This document shows positions 25,301 to 40,300 of a stretch of 64,000 nucleotides of DNA, piece by piece. This DNA is from Heteronotia binoei (Eukaryota), in contig NC_083231.1 of assembly GCF_032191835.1 (NCBI RefSeq), positions 55,056,001-55,120,000 on the forward strand. The letters are read 5' to 3'. Made by a program: the position numbers and the translations under genes. The notes beneath the pieces were generated by a model. It searched no databases and was not told where the DNA came from. It saw only the letters and a list, made by a program, of their open reading frames with translations. How positions within the stretch are numbered: the first letter of the stretch is position 1; the number at the start of each line of letters is the position of its first letter.

Positions 25301-28300
25301 TTCTCAGACGTCATAGCTTTTCCTTCATATGTAAATCTGTGTCACAACCTGTACATTTTCGTTGCCTTCTTGAGAACCTTGAGACTACTTCTGCAAATAC
25401 AGGATGCCTTTGATTTTCAGCTCCTGTTGATATCTAGAGTTTCAAGAAGTCTTTTAATGTAATGTAGTATTTTGAGAGAGAGAGAAATCCTACTGGGTGT
25501 ATGCAAACTCTTGGACAGTCCTGAAAATGCTTTTTAGATCTTCTTTAGAGTTTTTAAGTCCTTCCCCTAAAGCTGCCCTGAGCCTGCATAATAGAACAGA
25601 AATTATTTACATGATTAAATAACATGCAGGAAACACTACAGAGATAATTATGAATCTATTTCTATTTCTCTATGAATTTATTTCTAGACTCCTTTGTGTG
25701 AAACATTTACTCAAGGAGCTAGCTAATAAACCAGTATGAGATGTTACTGATTTCTGCTTTGTATTTTAAGGAACCAATTCTCTGCTTCAGTATGAAATTC
25801 TTCCGGGACCTGGGCATGGGATTTTTCAGATAAACTCTGATACCGGTGAGATTACATCAGCCATTTCACTTGATAGGGAGACACAAGATACCTTCACTAT
25901 TAAAGGTAAAAATAATTGGAATGTGACATGGAAAGCTTCATGTTATGTAGGCATCTAACTATGCTGGACATGATCCCGTGGACATTGAGTCAGTTTAATG
26001 GATGTTGTATAAATTGTGCATGTGATTGAAGTGTTACTTTTTTCATTGGGATTTTATTGGAAAGAAATTCACTGTGTCTTACACTCATTGTCCTCAAATT
26101 CAGTGGAAAAAGAACAGTGTAGTATTTTCAAAAATATGTGCTTATGTTTTGTCTTAGGAGGAATCTAGCATTACCAGGTCTGTGTTGGAAAATACCTGGA
26201 GATTTTAGGGGTGGATCCAGGAAAGGGCAGGGTTTGGGGAAGGAAGGGGCCTCAGTATGGTACAATGCCATAGAGTCTGCCCATCAAAGCAGCCATTTTC
26301 TCCAGGGAGCTGATCTCTGCCAGCTGGAGATCAGTTGTAAAAGCTGGAAATCTCCAGGCCCCATCTGGAAGCTGGCAACCCTAACTCAGGAATATCATAT
26401 TTAGTTAGCTGTTCTGATATTACAGTTTAGCAGTCAAACTACCTGAATGTGGTATTAAAAATTAGCTCTGTTATGTGCCTCTCTACTCAGTGCTGGCTCG
26501 AGACAGTGGAAGCCCTGTTTTATTCAGCACAGCATCAGTTGTCATCAGAATACTGGATGAAAATGACCATTCTCCGAAGTTCCTCCTTCCTGCTTCTGAG
26601 ATCCAGATTCTGGAGAATCAAGACCCTTCAGTAATATCATCTATACTGGCTGTGGATATGGATGCTACCAATAATGGAGCTGTGCGATGTCACATCATTG
26701 GTAAAGTACAGTGCTTTCTAATGACAAACATTTCAAAACAAATGTTTATTCTTTGCAATTACATTTATGGCCCACTGTTCTCACTGAGGTTCAAGGCAGA
26801 AATCCAAAGCTATTTTATTTAGCTTTATTTTTTTTTTAAACATTCCATTTATGTTACAAGTTGTGTTCTTTGGCCCATTTTACGCATTTGTTAAAGCCTT
26901 GTGCTTAACTGTGCAATCCTAAACAAAATTGCACCCTCTAAAACCATTATTTGTCCGTTTAGGATTACACTGGAAATCACTGTGTCCTGCAATACAGGAA
27001 ATAAACTTGTGCTTGCTGGAGTTATATTAGGTCAGTGTACCCAGAGTGAAACTGTAGCATCTCTCTTTCAAGCAAATAGGGTCCTGTCTGTAAAAATGTT
27101 GCTAACTAGTGCAGCCAGTATGACTTGCACTATGAGAAATTCTGAGCCACATAATTCCTTTCCTTTTACCATTTTTTTTATCAATCCTCTTGTCCAAAGA
27201 GGTATTAGTGTAAAGGGATGTTTTTTGATATGTACTGTATTTTAGATGATAGATTTCTGCTACCCACCCTGTTCTGTTCCGGATTCAAATGTGTGTGTCT
27301 GTGTTTTAATCTTTGGTCTACTAAGAGAATATTTTGGAGATTTTGGATCTCATTAAATGAAAAAAATGGCAGTGGCTCATAGGGTGTGGCACACTTTATT
27401 CACCTCCTCTCCAAATTCAGGCCATTTTTCAGCAGTCCCAAAACAGAAGTTTTTTCATACAGAATATTCCCCAGTCCAACCTCTAGCCTCTGCTGGACAT
27501 TAGACCGCAGTTGTTGAGAGATATATCTTTCTCTGCTTAAAACCCTGGAAACAGTTGCCAGTTCAGAGGAGACAATTATTAAACAATGGTCCACTGGTCT
27601 GATTTGGTAAAAGACAACTTCATATGTTCATATCCCTTTTTTGTTCATACACACCTTTGCCGCAGAAATTTTCTGCTTCGCTTTTTTAAAATTAAAAAAT
27701 CCTATATTCTGACTTCCCATAATTGCTTCACAATCTTTGTTCATTTTTTAAAACAAATAACATTAATACTTCAGCCCAACTCATGTAGATGGGAATGAGC
27801 AAAATACCTCTATGCCTTTTTTGCAGTTAATGTAGATTTGGACTGTTTCACTGATGCTGGCAAATACTGTCTTGCTCAGAAGCACAATTACAACAGATTT
27901 TACAAGGTGAATTTGGGGAGGATGGAGGGAAGACATCCATCTGGCACAAGGGTTGCTTTGTAAATTGATGCTTTGCATTTACTGTCATCACTGTCCACAA
28001 ACTTAAATGAAAACCAGGTTTTTATTCTCATAAAAGTTGGGGATCCAGGTACCCTAAGGCACATTGTTTAAAAAAACTGGATTATATTGCTGCTTTTAGC
28101 TGAGTTGGCCTACAGAGAGAGTTTCAGAATTGTAACTAGTCCACTGACCTTTATTTTTTGCTTCATTTTAAAAGATGGAAATGTTAGGGGATACTTTGCT
28201 TTGAATGAAACTTCTGGAGCCCTCTCCACCACTTGTGCCTTGGACAGAGAAACTGTCAGCAACTTTACTCTCATCATTGAGTGCTTTGACTTGGGCAATC

Positions 28301-31300
28301 CACAGAAAAGTTCCATGACCCACGTACAGCTCACCGTCCTTGATGAAAATGACAACAGTCCTTTGTTTTCAAGGAACCACTATCAAACCTCTGTGAGAGA
28401 AGACTTTGGAGAAGGATCAGCAGTTCTTGAACTGCAAGCTGTTGATGGAGATGAGGGCCCAAATGGAGAGGTTCGATACTCTATCATGGATGATACCCTT
28501 GGAACATTTACCATTAACCGGATTACTGGCACAGTAACTACGGCAAAACCACTGGACCGGGAGAAAAAATCTCACTATATATTCAGAGTGGTGGCAACTG
28601 ACTCAGGAATCCTGGGACCAAGAAGCAGCAGTGTTACTGTCACTGTGCTAATTGAGGATGTCAATGATAATAGCCCTTTTTTCCTACAGAATCCTGTCAA
28701 AGCTTCTGTGCCTTTTCAGACATCTGTGAATCAGACCATAGCTACTGTGAAGGCCAGTGACCTAGACTTAGGTTTGAATGGTGCTGTGAATTTTATGTTT
28801 GAAACACCAGAAACCATGCTTCAGGTGGACCCAAATACAGGTGAAATCTTTCTTCAAGAACCTATACCTCATGAGGGTTTTGTTACCTACCTCCTCATAT
28901 TGGCCTCTGATCAAGGAGTTCCAGCTAGAACAGCTACTGCTGTTTTGGCCATCACTTCTGAAACATTAACAGAGACTATTTCACTCTGTCACAGTCAGTA
29001 TGAAGTAACCATGCCTGAAAACACTGAAAAAGGTAGGTAGCCTGTTATAATTTGTGCTTACTACACAGTTTTGCTATCATGAATTCTTATACAAAATAAA
29101 GCAGCCTATTACTTTGGGGATTTTGAACCTGAATGTCTTTTGAAAATAGCTTAATAGCCATTATGATGTTGGCAAGGTGCGATCTGCTAGCTTTCTTGGT
29201 TTTTGAATTTTCAAAGATATACTGTACCACAAATTAGGAAAGGAAATTTGACACTACACCACAGTCTCATCTTTCTGTTCTGCTAATTCATTATTCTTCA
29301 TAGATAGCCATTATAAGCTTTGTAATTAGAATTCAGCAAGATGACCAAAATGTTGATGCATACTCTTTTAATGGATTTGCCAGAGGAACAAAATTTGAAG
29401 TTTAACAAATTGATGTAGTCGCTCCAGGCACACTTGAGGTTGGTTGAATATTACAGTGATTTCTTAAACCTTTTCAAGCCCACTGATTTCAGTGGACTTA
29501 GAAAGGTGCAATTATGCCTATAATGGAACAGGAGGTTTTATGTACAGTGGGAAACATACATATGTGTGCTATAATATGTAATTTTCAGTCATTTAAAATC
29601 AAAGTTATACAGATATAATAAAGAGGAGGAACCATGACTCAGTGGTAGATCATTTGCCTGGCATATAGATGGTCCCAGGTTCAGTCCTTAGCATCTGCAG
29701 TTAAAGGATTTGGCAGTAGGTGATGTACAAGATGGTGAGACCCTGGAGAGCTACTGCGAGACTAAGTAGACAGTACTGACTTTGATGGATTCCGTGTAAG
29801 GCAGGTTCATGTTTTCAAGATTCTAAGCTTCCTGTTGAACATAAACTATGTAAAAATATACCATGGTCAAACCCTATTATTTGGAAATAAGTTCTACAAA
29901 GCAGCAGGAGTTGCATCCAGATAATGAACATTAGGGTTCAACTGGACAATTCTAAGACTGGGAGATTAGTTTTTATTGTCATTCCATGAACAACATCTAT
30001 GAACAAAGGAAAACTTTCTTGTGTGATCTTATCTATAAATGTTACAGTCCTTTTTATTATATATTTTTATTTTAATTACCCCAAACAGAAAGAGATTAAA
30101 ATATAATAGCAGTGGTGGCAGGTTCACAAATATGCCTTTATAAAATATGTCCACGCACAATTGTTATCTATATAGCATATATTCAAATGTTGCTAAAGTA
30201 GTAAAGTCCTAGGTCTATTGGATTACTGGAGGTGTGCATGTATTTTTCCAGTGCTGTAATGTAAGTCTTTTAGGAACAGTAAGAGCATGGATAGTCCATT
30301 TTAGTTGACCATTAGTTAGTCTCCAGGAGATGGGCAAATAGTTTAAATGTTCATAAGCCTTCTCAGAGATGAATGAATACTGTAATACAAAATTGATATG
30401 AGTAATTACTTCTGACAATTTAACTAGAAGCAAAGAAATATTTATTTTTGTCTTTTATTTTTTCCTGTTGTTTTGGGGTAGAAACAGGTTTGTGGTGGGG
30501 TTACAACCCTGTGGTGCCTCCATTTTACCCTATGGGAATCAGTCTCCATAGGGAATAATGGAGTGCCCAGCAGATGCTTCCCTCCCCCCTGCACTTTCTG
30601 ATGACCCTGAAATGGGGGAAGGGCCTCCAAACCAGAGGATCCCCTGCCCCCAAAAGGGGATTGGCAGCCATAAACCTGACATATTATTATGAAAAATATA
30701 TTTATATAGTTAGCATGAAGACAGACAATTTAATGAAAATATACCACAGATCAAATAGCAAACAAAACAAAAAAGCTAACTTTGTCTACCTAGCTTTGTC
30801 AGGAGCTATGTTAGGTGGCGAAGGCCTCTAATGTGCGCCCTACTGTCTCAACAATTACAAAGCATAGTAGGAGTAGGTTAAAGTTGTCAGGCTCAAGTCC
30901 TCACTCCAAAAATGCTCCAAAATGAATCCCAACAGACTAACAGTTTTTGCTTTGTTTCAGATAAACCTTTTTCCAGGGAATATTTTGGTTTTGTTGTCAT
31001 TCCAAAAGGAATTTGGCTGATGCTCTGTTCCTTTAATTTTTGATGCCTCTTCTCAGTCAGTATGGAGTATCCAATTCAATATATTTTCTCACCTGGACAG
31101 TTATGCTAATCTCATATCATTTACTTCATGGATGTCATAGCCATTGCTAACATTTAGCTCACATTAATCACTGGACAGACATATGGAGTACTCAATAGAG
31201 AGAAAAAGCAATGTGAACCTTGGTGGATGGTGATATTTTGTATTTATATTTGAGTGCAATATTGTAAGAATTTAAACACAAGAATTTCAGTAAATTTATT

Positions 31301-34300
31301 TTATATATTTAGTTATTGACACGGTGAGATGTTCAGTTTCCAGATTTGCAGTCTATTTTCCTTTGGTCCCATTTAACTCTCTAATCCCATTTGGGGCAGG
31401 GGATCCTCTGGTTTAGGCTCTCCCCCCACTTTAGTGTCCAATAGGCCCTCCATTATACCCCATGGAGACTGATTCCAATAGGCCAGGGGTGGCCAACGGT
31501 AGCTCTCCAGATGTTTTTGCCTACAACTCCCATCAGCCCCAGCCAGCATAGCCAATGGCTGGGGCTGATGGGAGTTGTAAGCAAAAAACATCTGGAGAGC
31601 TACCATTGGCCACCCCTTCAATAGGCTATAATGAAGAATCAGTGGGTCTTGGGGGGGGCTGTTTTTTTGTGGGTAGAGGTACCACATTTTCAGCATAGCA
31701 TCTGGTGCCTCTTCTCAACCCCCCCCCCCCAAAGTTTCAAAAAGATTGGACCAAAGGGTCCAATTCTGATTCATGAAAGCTAATGATGGAATAAATGGTG
31801 GTCTTCATGATGCTACTACACTCCTGTTTTGCTTTGGAAAATCTGCTCTTTTCTCATAGGCATGGAATCCAGCCCATAATTTGCTGAAGATTGGTCTAAG
31901 TTTTCCGATGTAGATGTTGCTAAGGTAACTCTGATCACTGATCAGAATAATGGTACTTGTGATTCAGTAATACGTACAGCTGTTTCACACCTCTCGGTTC
32001 CACCTTTTACTTCTGAATGGATTCCCATCATTCATGTATTCTGCTTGTAATTTCCTCTCAACATCTGAGCCTTTGCAAAGGGCATCATGTGTATTTCCTA
32101 CATAAATGTTATTGCTTATGTGGCTAGCTTAGAAGCAAATAGCAAGGCAATTAACATTTCCTTTGTTGTTAAAAAAGAAATTATAGCGTAAAGTACTAAA
32201 CATGGATTGTTTTGAACTAGCAGGAAAGCCAAACTAGAAGGATGGTACATTCCATCTCCAAAATGAAAGTCTGTTTGTATTTACAAGATGTTTCCTGTAA
32301 TATAATAAAATCTCATTTGGAAAAGGTCAATGTACAGTAACCTGAATCTATCACAACTGATTAAAATCAATTTCCATGTTGCAAAATTGGTTTCACAACT
32401 GGCAGGCTAATTCTTGACAAAATGTTGTTAAAAATATATCATGCTAAATATTTTTTAAACTTGTGACTGTTAAATATGCTATGCTTGGTCAGGATAATGT
32501 CTTGCGTTTAATTTATTCTTCCTGCCTGTATTGCAAACTGTGTTTGTTGTGTCTGTTTCTGTGACAGACCAACTTTCTTCTGGACAGTTGTATGCTTTCT
32601 CTGATATTAATAGCAAACTGTGCATATCTTCATGATGCATCACCAAGTGCTAGTTTTTACCACACTGAAAAAGTGTATCCTGATGAAAATGTTGACACCC
32701 TCTTGCAGTATGGCATGGGACATCTGCTCTTTGAGAAAAATTACTCACAGGCTTATGATTCTTTTGGATCCTAGCTGACATTTTGTTTTTCTTTACCTAA
32801 TAGTCCTCCTGGAAAAGAACATTTTTTTCCCTCACCTTTCTAATTACTTGAGAATTCTTTCATGATGCCCTCATTAAGCATTGATATCCCCAGTTCTTTC
32901 TGCCATTCATTGTAACAAATGTATTCTAAATCCTCTGTAATCTTTGTTTTTGAATTCTACAGTTTTCCAAAATATGGACTGCTGGTGTTCAGTGAGCAGT
33001 TTTATGAATGTGCTGGATGGCTGAGCTGCTAAGCACTGTTTTAGAGAACCGGGGGGGGGGAGAACCCTCCTCTTTTTACTTGCATGTAATCATGCGCTTA
33101 CTCATCCCCTCATGCTCAGAATCAGTTAGTTACTTTTGATATAATGCTAGCCCCAGTTGCTTGTAACATCTGAACTGACAAACTATGGCTGACAGTTGTA
33201 GTTCAGAACATGGGTGTCCACAGGGAAGGTAAGGGGGTGCTTAACCCTGAAATGTAAATGTGCTGATTTTTAATGTACTTTGACTCATACAAACTTCCAA
33301 CTAGAGGTGTGTTGTGATCTTTGAGCAATCCCCCCCCCCCCCCCAATCAGCAGTAATTTCTGCAGGTATTCTTGGTTTGGAGAACAAAGTGTAGTTTGCC
33401 AACTGAGATATAAGGGCACTAAATTGGAAGTCACTAGCTGTAACATCCTAAGCAGCGCCACCTGTCTAAACCTATTGACTTGAATACTTAAGATGGCACT
33501 GTAATTGACTCTGATATCGCCAGTTCTTTCTGCCGCTCACTGTAACAAATGTGTGGGGAAGGAGCACATGATTTGTTCATGGGATGCCAAACCCTAGTTT
33601 GCAGTTACATTTGATCTATACTAAATCACAGTTATAACAGTGCATAAAGTTCTCCAAACAGAAGGTGAATTCCTAAATTTTCAAAGTTTGACCTCACATG
33701 GAACAGGTTAAGATAAGCTCTTTTGAAGTTTTAGTTATGGCAGGTTTTTTTTCTTTTTTGTGCTTGTAGGCACTTCTGTTTTCACCCTTCCTGCTTATGA
33801 CCATGGCTTGCTGGGAAAGAATTTAAAGTACACCCTCATCAGTGAGCATGAAGACATTTTCTCCATCCATCCCATCACGGGTAAATCAACCTATTTATTT
33901 GCAGCTGTTCTAAAACCGTTTGAGGCGTTAGCAGAATATTTTCCACATTGGAATTGTGATTGCTTTTGTACAAACATTGTACAAACATTATCTCAGTGGT
34001 TAGTGTTAGTTTATTTAAGCAACAGTAGAAGCTAGCCTTTGTTCTCTGACCAAAATGTGTTGCTACAAAATTAGACTTTCATAGGATTGATTTTTCTCCA
34101 AAACTGTCTGAAGATTCAGGACCTGAGTCACACTCCCATAGCGATAATGGTGACCAAGCAAACAGTGTAGTAAAACTGAGATAAAAGAGCCTGATGCTTA
34201 ATTTGACATAGTTTTGCACAGGAGTTATCTGGCTTAAAAAAGAAAAAGAAAATTAACACAAACTTGCTTGTCTTTTGCTGCATTTACCATCCATTAAATG

Positions 34301-37300
34301 CCACATTTTAGTATCCAGGCGTCCTTCCTTCTATTCTCTATGCAAAATGGTAATAAAAACGTACTGAAGAAATTCTATCAAAAGGCTATATGTATATGCA
34401 GAAAGAGCACTCTTGACTCCTTATTTGTTTAAAATAATGATTACAGTGTAGTGAACTCACATGTGTTTGCATTATTCAGTTACTTTGTTATGGGCAAGAA
34501 AAATGGGTTTTTATGTGTGTGTGTGCATATGTACCAACATGCATAAAGGGAGTTCAGGAGCCATTGTGCTGCTCCCACCACTGGTGTACATCCAGAGGTA
34601 CTGGCTCTGTCCCCCGTTAGCCTTGTCCTTATGCACATGCAAGGTCCATCTTTGTGACTGGTATTTGATGGGAGGGAGCTTTGACTCTCAAAAGCTTGTA
34701 GCTGGAAAATCTTGTTGATCTCTAAAGTACTACTGGACTGTGATAGCCCTGTGATAAACTATGTTTGAAAAGCATCATGTGTACAGGGTCTCAGTGTGTA
34801 GGATTTCTGTGTATGCACACATATGTGCCCACTGCTGAACAAACACACTTAGAGCAGGGCTGGGCCAGCATGCTCTGATGTCATGTAGGGCAGGGATGGG
34901 GCCAGTGTGCCTGCTCCTACCCATCTCTGCAGATTGGTTCTGTATCCAGATCTTTCAAATTTTAAGTGAACACATGTCACATAGCTGTCAACCCTCCCAA
35001 TATCTGCAGCCATGTTGTCAGTGCAGCTGAACTTTTTACACCTCTCTGTCACTTCCCAAAATGTTTCCTCCATGGAAGTGTTTCCTCTCACAGTCTTGCA
35101 CAATCCTTGTTTAAGGCTACTTCTATAAAATTTGTAGTCCAGTTCCCCCAGATTTAATGGAAGTTCATCTTACCACTGTGCTGCTCTCAGTGTTAATGCT
35201 TCCCTAGTCCTCCAGAGGAAGAGAATTGTATCTGAAAGACTAAGACACAGTATGTGCAACATGTAAGCTTAACTTAGCAAATTCTGGATTTAGAGACCAC
35301 AAGTGAACTTCCCAGCTCCCAGATGTTAGCCAAATTGCCCTCAAGTGAGGTACAGGAATTAATTTAGGTGGGCAAAGATGGCAAAATTATCAGGGTCAAC
35401 AACCTGTGTATACCAGAGTGGTTTTTCCAAGAGCCCAATCCCAATAATGAGGAGATGGTAAACTTAAATGGGTATTTATTAGGAAAATAGTTCAAACATT
35501 CAGAAAAATAAAAATCACACCCACAAACACAGTCGTAGGAATAATAGCAGGAAAACTGGATAGAGAAACACATGAGGACAAAACACAGACAGGGTACATA
35601 CTTTACCTCTCTTGAAGGCTGAAGAAGGAATGGTCCAGTAGTGAAGACTATAAGGGGGAGGCAGAGATGACAAGCATCACTTGCCATAATAGGGCCCAAT
35701 TAGGTAAATAAATAAATAATAAATAATTTTTTTATTTATACCCCGCCCTCCCCGCCGAGGCAGGTAATTGGGGATGGCTCAGGCAGCAAAATGGGGATAC
35801 TGTAAGAGACACACCTGAGTGGTCAAGCACATGGCTTTTTATAACCAGATTCATATCCCCAGCCAATGATATCACATAACCCCTGACATAGAGGTCAGAT
35901 GACCTGTGACATTGCTACATGTGACCCCTGATGTCATTGTGGGGGCAGGCTCCCAGGGAAGTTTGGAAAAAGGGTTAAGGGTATTGATGGAATTACCTTA
36001 TCTAAACAAAGAAGCATAGGTGGGGAATTTAGAGTCAAATTGCTATCTTTTTGTAACACCATAGCAAATTCAATTTGGATGGCCTGCATGACAGGATTAA
36101 GTCTTGGGCAAGTTGGCTACTTCTTTATGTCCAGTGATCTCCTCAGTTGTTGACAGGAACAGTCTTTTGTTACATGTGCGGACGTAACACCAAGTCCTTT
36201 GTTAACTGCCTTGACACACCTGGAGTATGTGGTGTTCTTGCCTGGCTCTCATGTTGTCCAGCAGGAACAAGATGGTTGTTGTTTAGGATCTCCTCCATCA
36301 TGGCTTCTGGTGAAGGCTGCTCTTGGGCGCTGTCTTCTGCTGCGTGACTTGGCAGCTTCTTGGGGAAGCCTGATCTGGAGTCCTTCTATACAGGGGAATG
36401 CTCACAGTCACAGCAATACCAGGAACAGGCAGGGAGCTGGCTGGAGACTGGTAAGGAACAATGCTGCATGATCCACACAGAGTAATAGTCCGTATGGGAG
36501 GTGACATAAATGCTTAAAGTCAAACAGGATTCACTGCCTGTAGACAGTAGGCAAGTGGGTATTGGGTATTAATGTCCATACTGGGTTAGTTCTTACACCA
36601 AATATTTTCTGATTACCACTGAATATTTGTAGAAGCGGTTTGCTTGTGCTTGCAGTGGCACAGGTCCATAACATAAGTCCATAACAACTAAGATTCCAGG
36701 GAGTCTGGTCAGAGCCAGAGTAAACACAGTCCATTAAAGATGGAAGAGGGGGCTCAGGCTTACACAGAGTTCTCTTTAAATCCTACAATAATATATCTCA
36801 TTTTCTCTCTATTAAATAACATGGAACCTGGAAAATATAACAATGTGAGAAGTTCACAACAGATTTTCAAAAAGTAAACCACAACAAAAATACACAACTT
36901 GGCAGCACCAAAAAGATAAATTCTTTTTCACATCAGCCAAAGATTACTTCCCAGCCTCTTCTGACTCTTAATTGATAACTCTTGAAACTCAAGTCATTTT
37001 TATTTGATTTCTCTGAAATTCAGACACCTCCTTTTTCAGCTGTTTTACAGTAACAAACCTAAAACTTTATAACTGATTATTAAGCAGCTTTTATTCCAGA
37101 GAATTTATGATATGATAAACTGTTGGAACTGTTTTTGTGTAAAATGTAAAACAACCCTGTCATTGAAGGATATTGTAGTCTATCATGATTTATTGTAGCT
37201 ACCAAATAGAAAAATACAACTAGGAGTCTACACCAAACTAGGGGAAGCAGCTATTCCATTTTCTCTGTTTTTGCTTCCTCCCCTCCCTCCCCCCACCCCT

Positions 37301-40300
37301 TGTCTCAGTTTCTCTCTGTGTTGTTTTTTTTCGCATTCATTCTTTCTCCCCCATCTCCACTGTTTCTTTTTGGGTTGAGCAGGGAAAAAATGTCTACAAA
37401 GGACACATTCATGGTGTTTCTGTGGAAAATCATTATACTGAAGGGGAATCCTGGCCCTGTGGTGATTATTGGGCTCCCACACATTGCTCGGACTGGGCAC
37501 CACCCCTGCCCTTTGCCTGCACACCCAAGATGAAAGCTTTGAGAAGGCCCCTCCCTTCTAAATGCGCTGAGTCCTCATCTGAGAATGACTCACCTGGCAA
37601 AGCACTGCTGCAGGACTCATTGTGGGATAGCGTGGCTTCTGAGATCTTCTCTACTTGGCTCTTCTTGATTCCATGCAGTCAGAGTACATGACCTAGTCAC
37701 CCAGTGCAGCCCCCACACTTGAAGTCAGGCAATGCTGAGTGCCCTTCTCTGTTCCCTTAAGATGTCCCAGTACTGCTGGGTCCTGCTGATGCAGGCATCC
37801 TGAACACTGAATCCCACTATTGGGAAGTGCTGCAATCCAGCACACCCAAAGAGGAAGGCCACAGATTGGTTGGAAGAATTAGGAGCCAAAACCAGGAAGA
37901 TCTGTGCCCTTATCTGAGTTTATAAGATGAGCTGGCTCACTATCGAACAGCTAAAACAGCCCTTTAGTACTCAATCAAGTAAGCAAGCTGAAGAAGCAGA
38001 AAGATGTGATCAAATTTAAAGGGAAGAGTTGGCTCCCAACAACCAGCTGAGCCATAGGAGCACATGGCCGGTCACGCATCTGAGTGGCCTTTAAATCTCA
38101 ATGAAAGGAAGCAAGCCAAAAAGGCAAGGAATATCTGATTGAATTTAAAGGGACAAGCCAGCTGCTAACAAAAAGCTGAGATGCAGGAGCACATGGTCCA
38201 CTTATCAGCTGGAAAGCCCTTTAAACCCCAAGGAAGGAAGGCTAACAACAGGTATTGCTTTAAATCCCAAGGAAGGAAGCATTCCTAGAGTGCTTCTGAT
38301 TCAAAAATGAAGAGAGGGCGAACTAGCCAGGGTGCAGGTTTAAATACCCACTGGGGCTCCACACACCCCATCGTCTCTAGCCACAGTTACGGTAGCAGCT
38401 GCCTAATTGCTGCTGCTAGCCCTACCCCTACCAGCCTGTAGGCAGCACAAACTTGTAACCAAGCTTCATTCTGCTTGCCTGCCCACCTTCCAGACTTCAA
38501 TGGATGTCTTCTGGTGAGTCGGGACCGTATTTCTCTGTCCCCAACCCCATAACTCTCTCTTTTCCATCCAAACACCCACTCTTCCTCTCTGATTCTCCCT
38601 CTTCTAATGCATGTCAGTTTCTGGCAATCTCTGTCACCCACAACTCTTGCTGTCACTCTTTCTTGATCTGCCTTGCAATGCTTCTGTCTCTCTCTCTCAC
38701 TCACACATACTCTGTCTCTTTTACCTTCTCTCTTTTTTGTTCTATCCCCCAATGTCTTCTGTCTGACACATACATGTTCATTTTCTCTTTCTTTTTGTCT
38801 TGCTCAGTCCTTTCATGCAGCCACCTTCCCCCCACCCCACAACCAACCCATCAGTGTGTGAATGGAGCAAGCAGCTTACACTGAGGCAGTTGAGGGGGTG
38901 GTGGTAGCAGTGCCCGCCCGTCTGTCTGTCTGTGCCTTCCATTCTTCCTGGCCTTATCCCCATCCCCTGCTCTGCCCAGGCTTCTCTCCCTGGTCACTCT
39001 AGCCCCTGTCTGTCTTCCAGCTCCCCAAGCTTTAGGGAATGGCATGGGGCGGGGGGAGGCAGTGCCTGCTCTCAGCAGGAGCTTGCCCGTTTCCAACCTC
39101 TTCCATGTGCTAAAAGGCAGGTGAATATGGGGCAGTGTAGTGATGTCTGCTGTTGCAGCTGATGTTCCTGTTTTGGGGGAAATTTAATCCCCTTCATTCA
39201 TTTTTTTTAGAGTTTTCTATGTTGTTTTTTTAAAAAACCTGGATATTCCCCAAGTTTGTAGAAAGATATCCCTTGTGTAAATGTTGCTCTAATCCTCAGA
39301 TGTAAGTATCCACAGATGATATATGATTGCATAGCCTCTATATGCATAACTAACAAGAGAGAGTACAGTTCTAGACCTGAAAGGGGAAGGGGGGCTCCAG
39401 TATCAAAATTAATGTTCACGTGCAAAAATACATGCTGTATAGTAGCCCATCAGGGAGAACGAAGTTGTACAGTATACTATGTTCACAGTACCATCATAAC
39501 ATGAAAAGTGTTTTAGTCTTGTCCATGAGAAGGAAAACAACTCCAAATATTGTGAGTGAACATTCAAGAATACATTTCTACACACTCCTGTTATATGTTC
39601 TCAAATATGGAAGATTTTTTATGTTGCAAGTTTTACTGACTGCTACCTTGAATCTCTAAGATGTTGGTGTACTATGCCATCTTTTCCAGCCATGTCAGAC
39701 ATGTAGAAATCTGTTTCTGTATAGGTGTCTGTTTTTCCAAGTTCCCAGTCAATTTCTTATCTAAATCCTCTCCAATCTTCCATTGGCTGAGGGATGTGCA
39801 TCAACTATTGGCCCATCAACCACCATTCAGGGTTTGTTGCATTCCATTGGCTGAGAATTGAGGCACTGCTTTGCAGAAGAGAGTAAGAAAGTTCCCTCAG
39901 TTGGCTGATAGAGGGAGGAATGAAATAGTCACAGAAAGCCTTCCCAAATTGGCTGAGGGCTCCTCCTCCTCTGGGGAGCCAAACAGCCAGAAAGACATAG
40001 ACAAAAAAAAAGGCATGCCTTCCCAGTAGAACAATGATATTTTATTCTAGATAGAGAGAGAGGAAGAGAGAGAATGTGGTGTCCTATGTTTAAGCTTGGG
40101 CCACTGGGGAAGCTGCCTTTTTATTCCCTCAGTACCTGTTGCTAGCCAACCAACTTGGTTCTGTCAGTAAAAGGTGTGGGGGGAGAGGCTCATTCAAGGC
40201 CTATTTTGGCCTTTGAAGGAGAACTCATTGGGGCCACTTCTGACTATGGTTGCCAGTTCCATGTTGGGAAATTCCTGGAGATTTTGTGGAGGAGTCTATG

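Noticed and set aside
38387-39162. ORFs of 60-126 aa in the pyrimidine-rich region
   Set aside because: Low-complexity CT/GA repeats generating spurious frames
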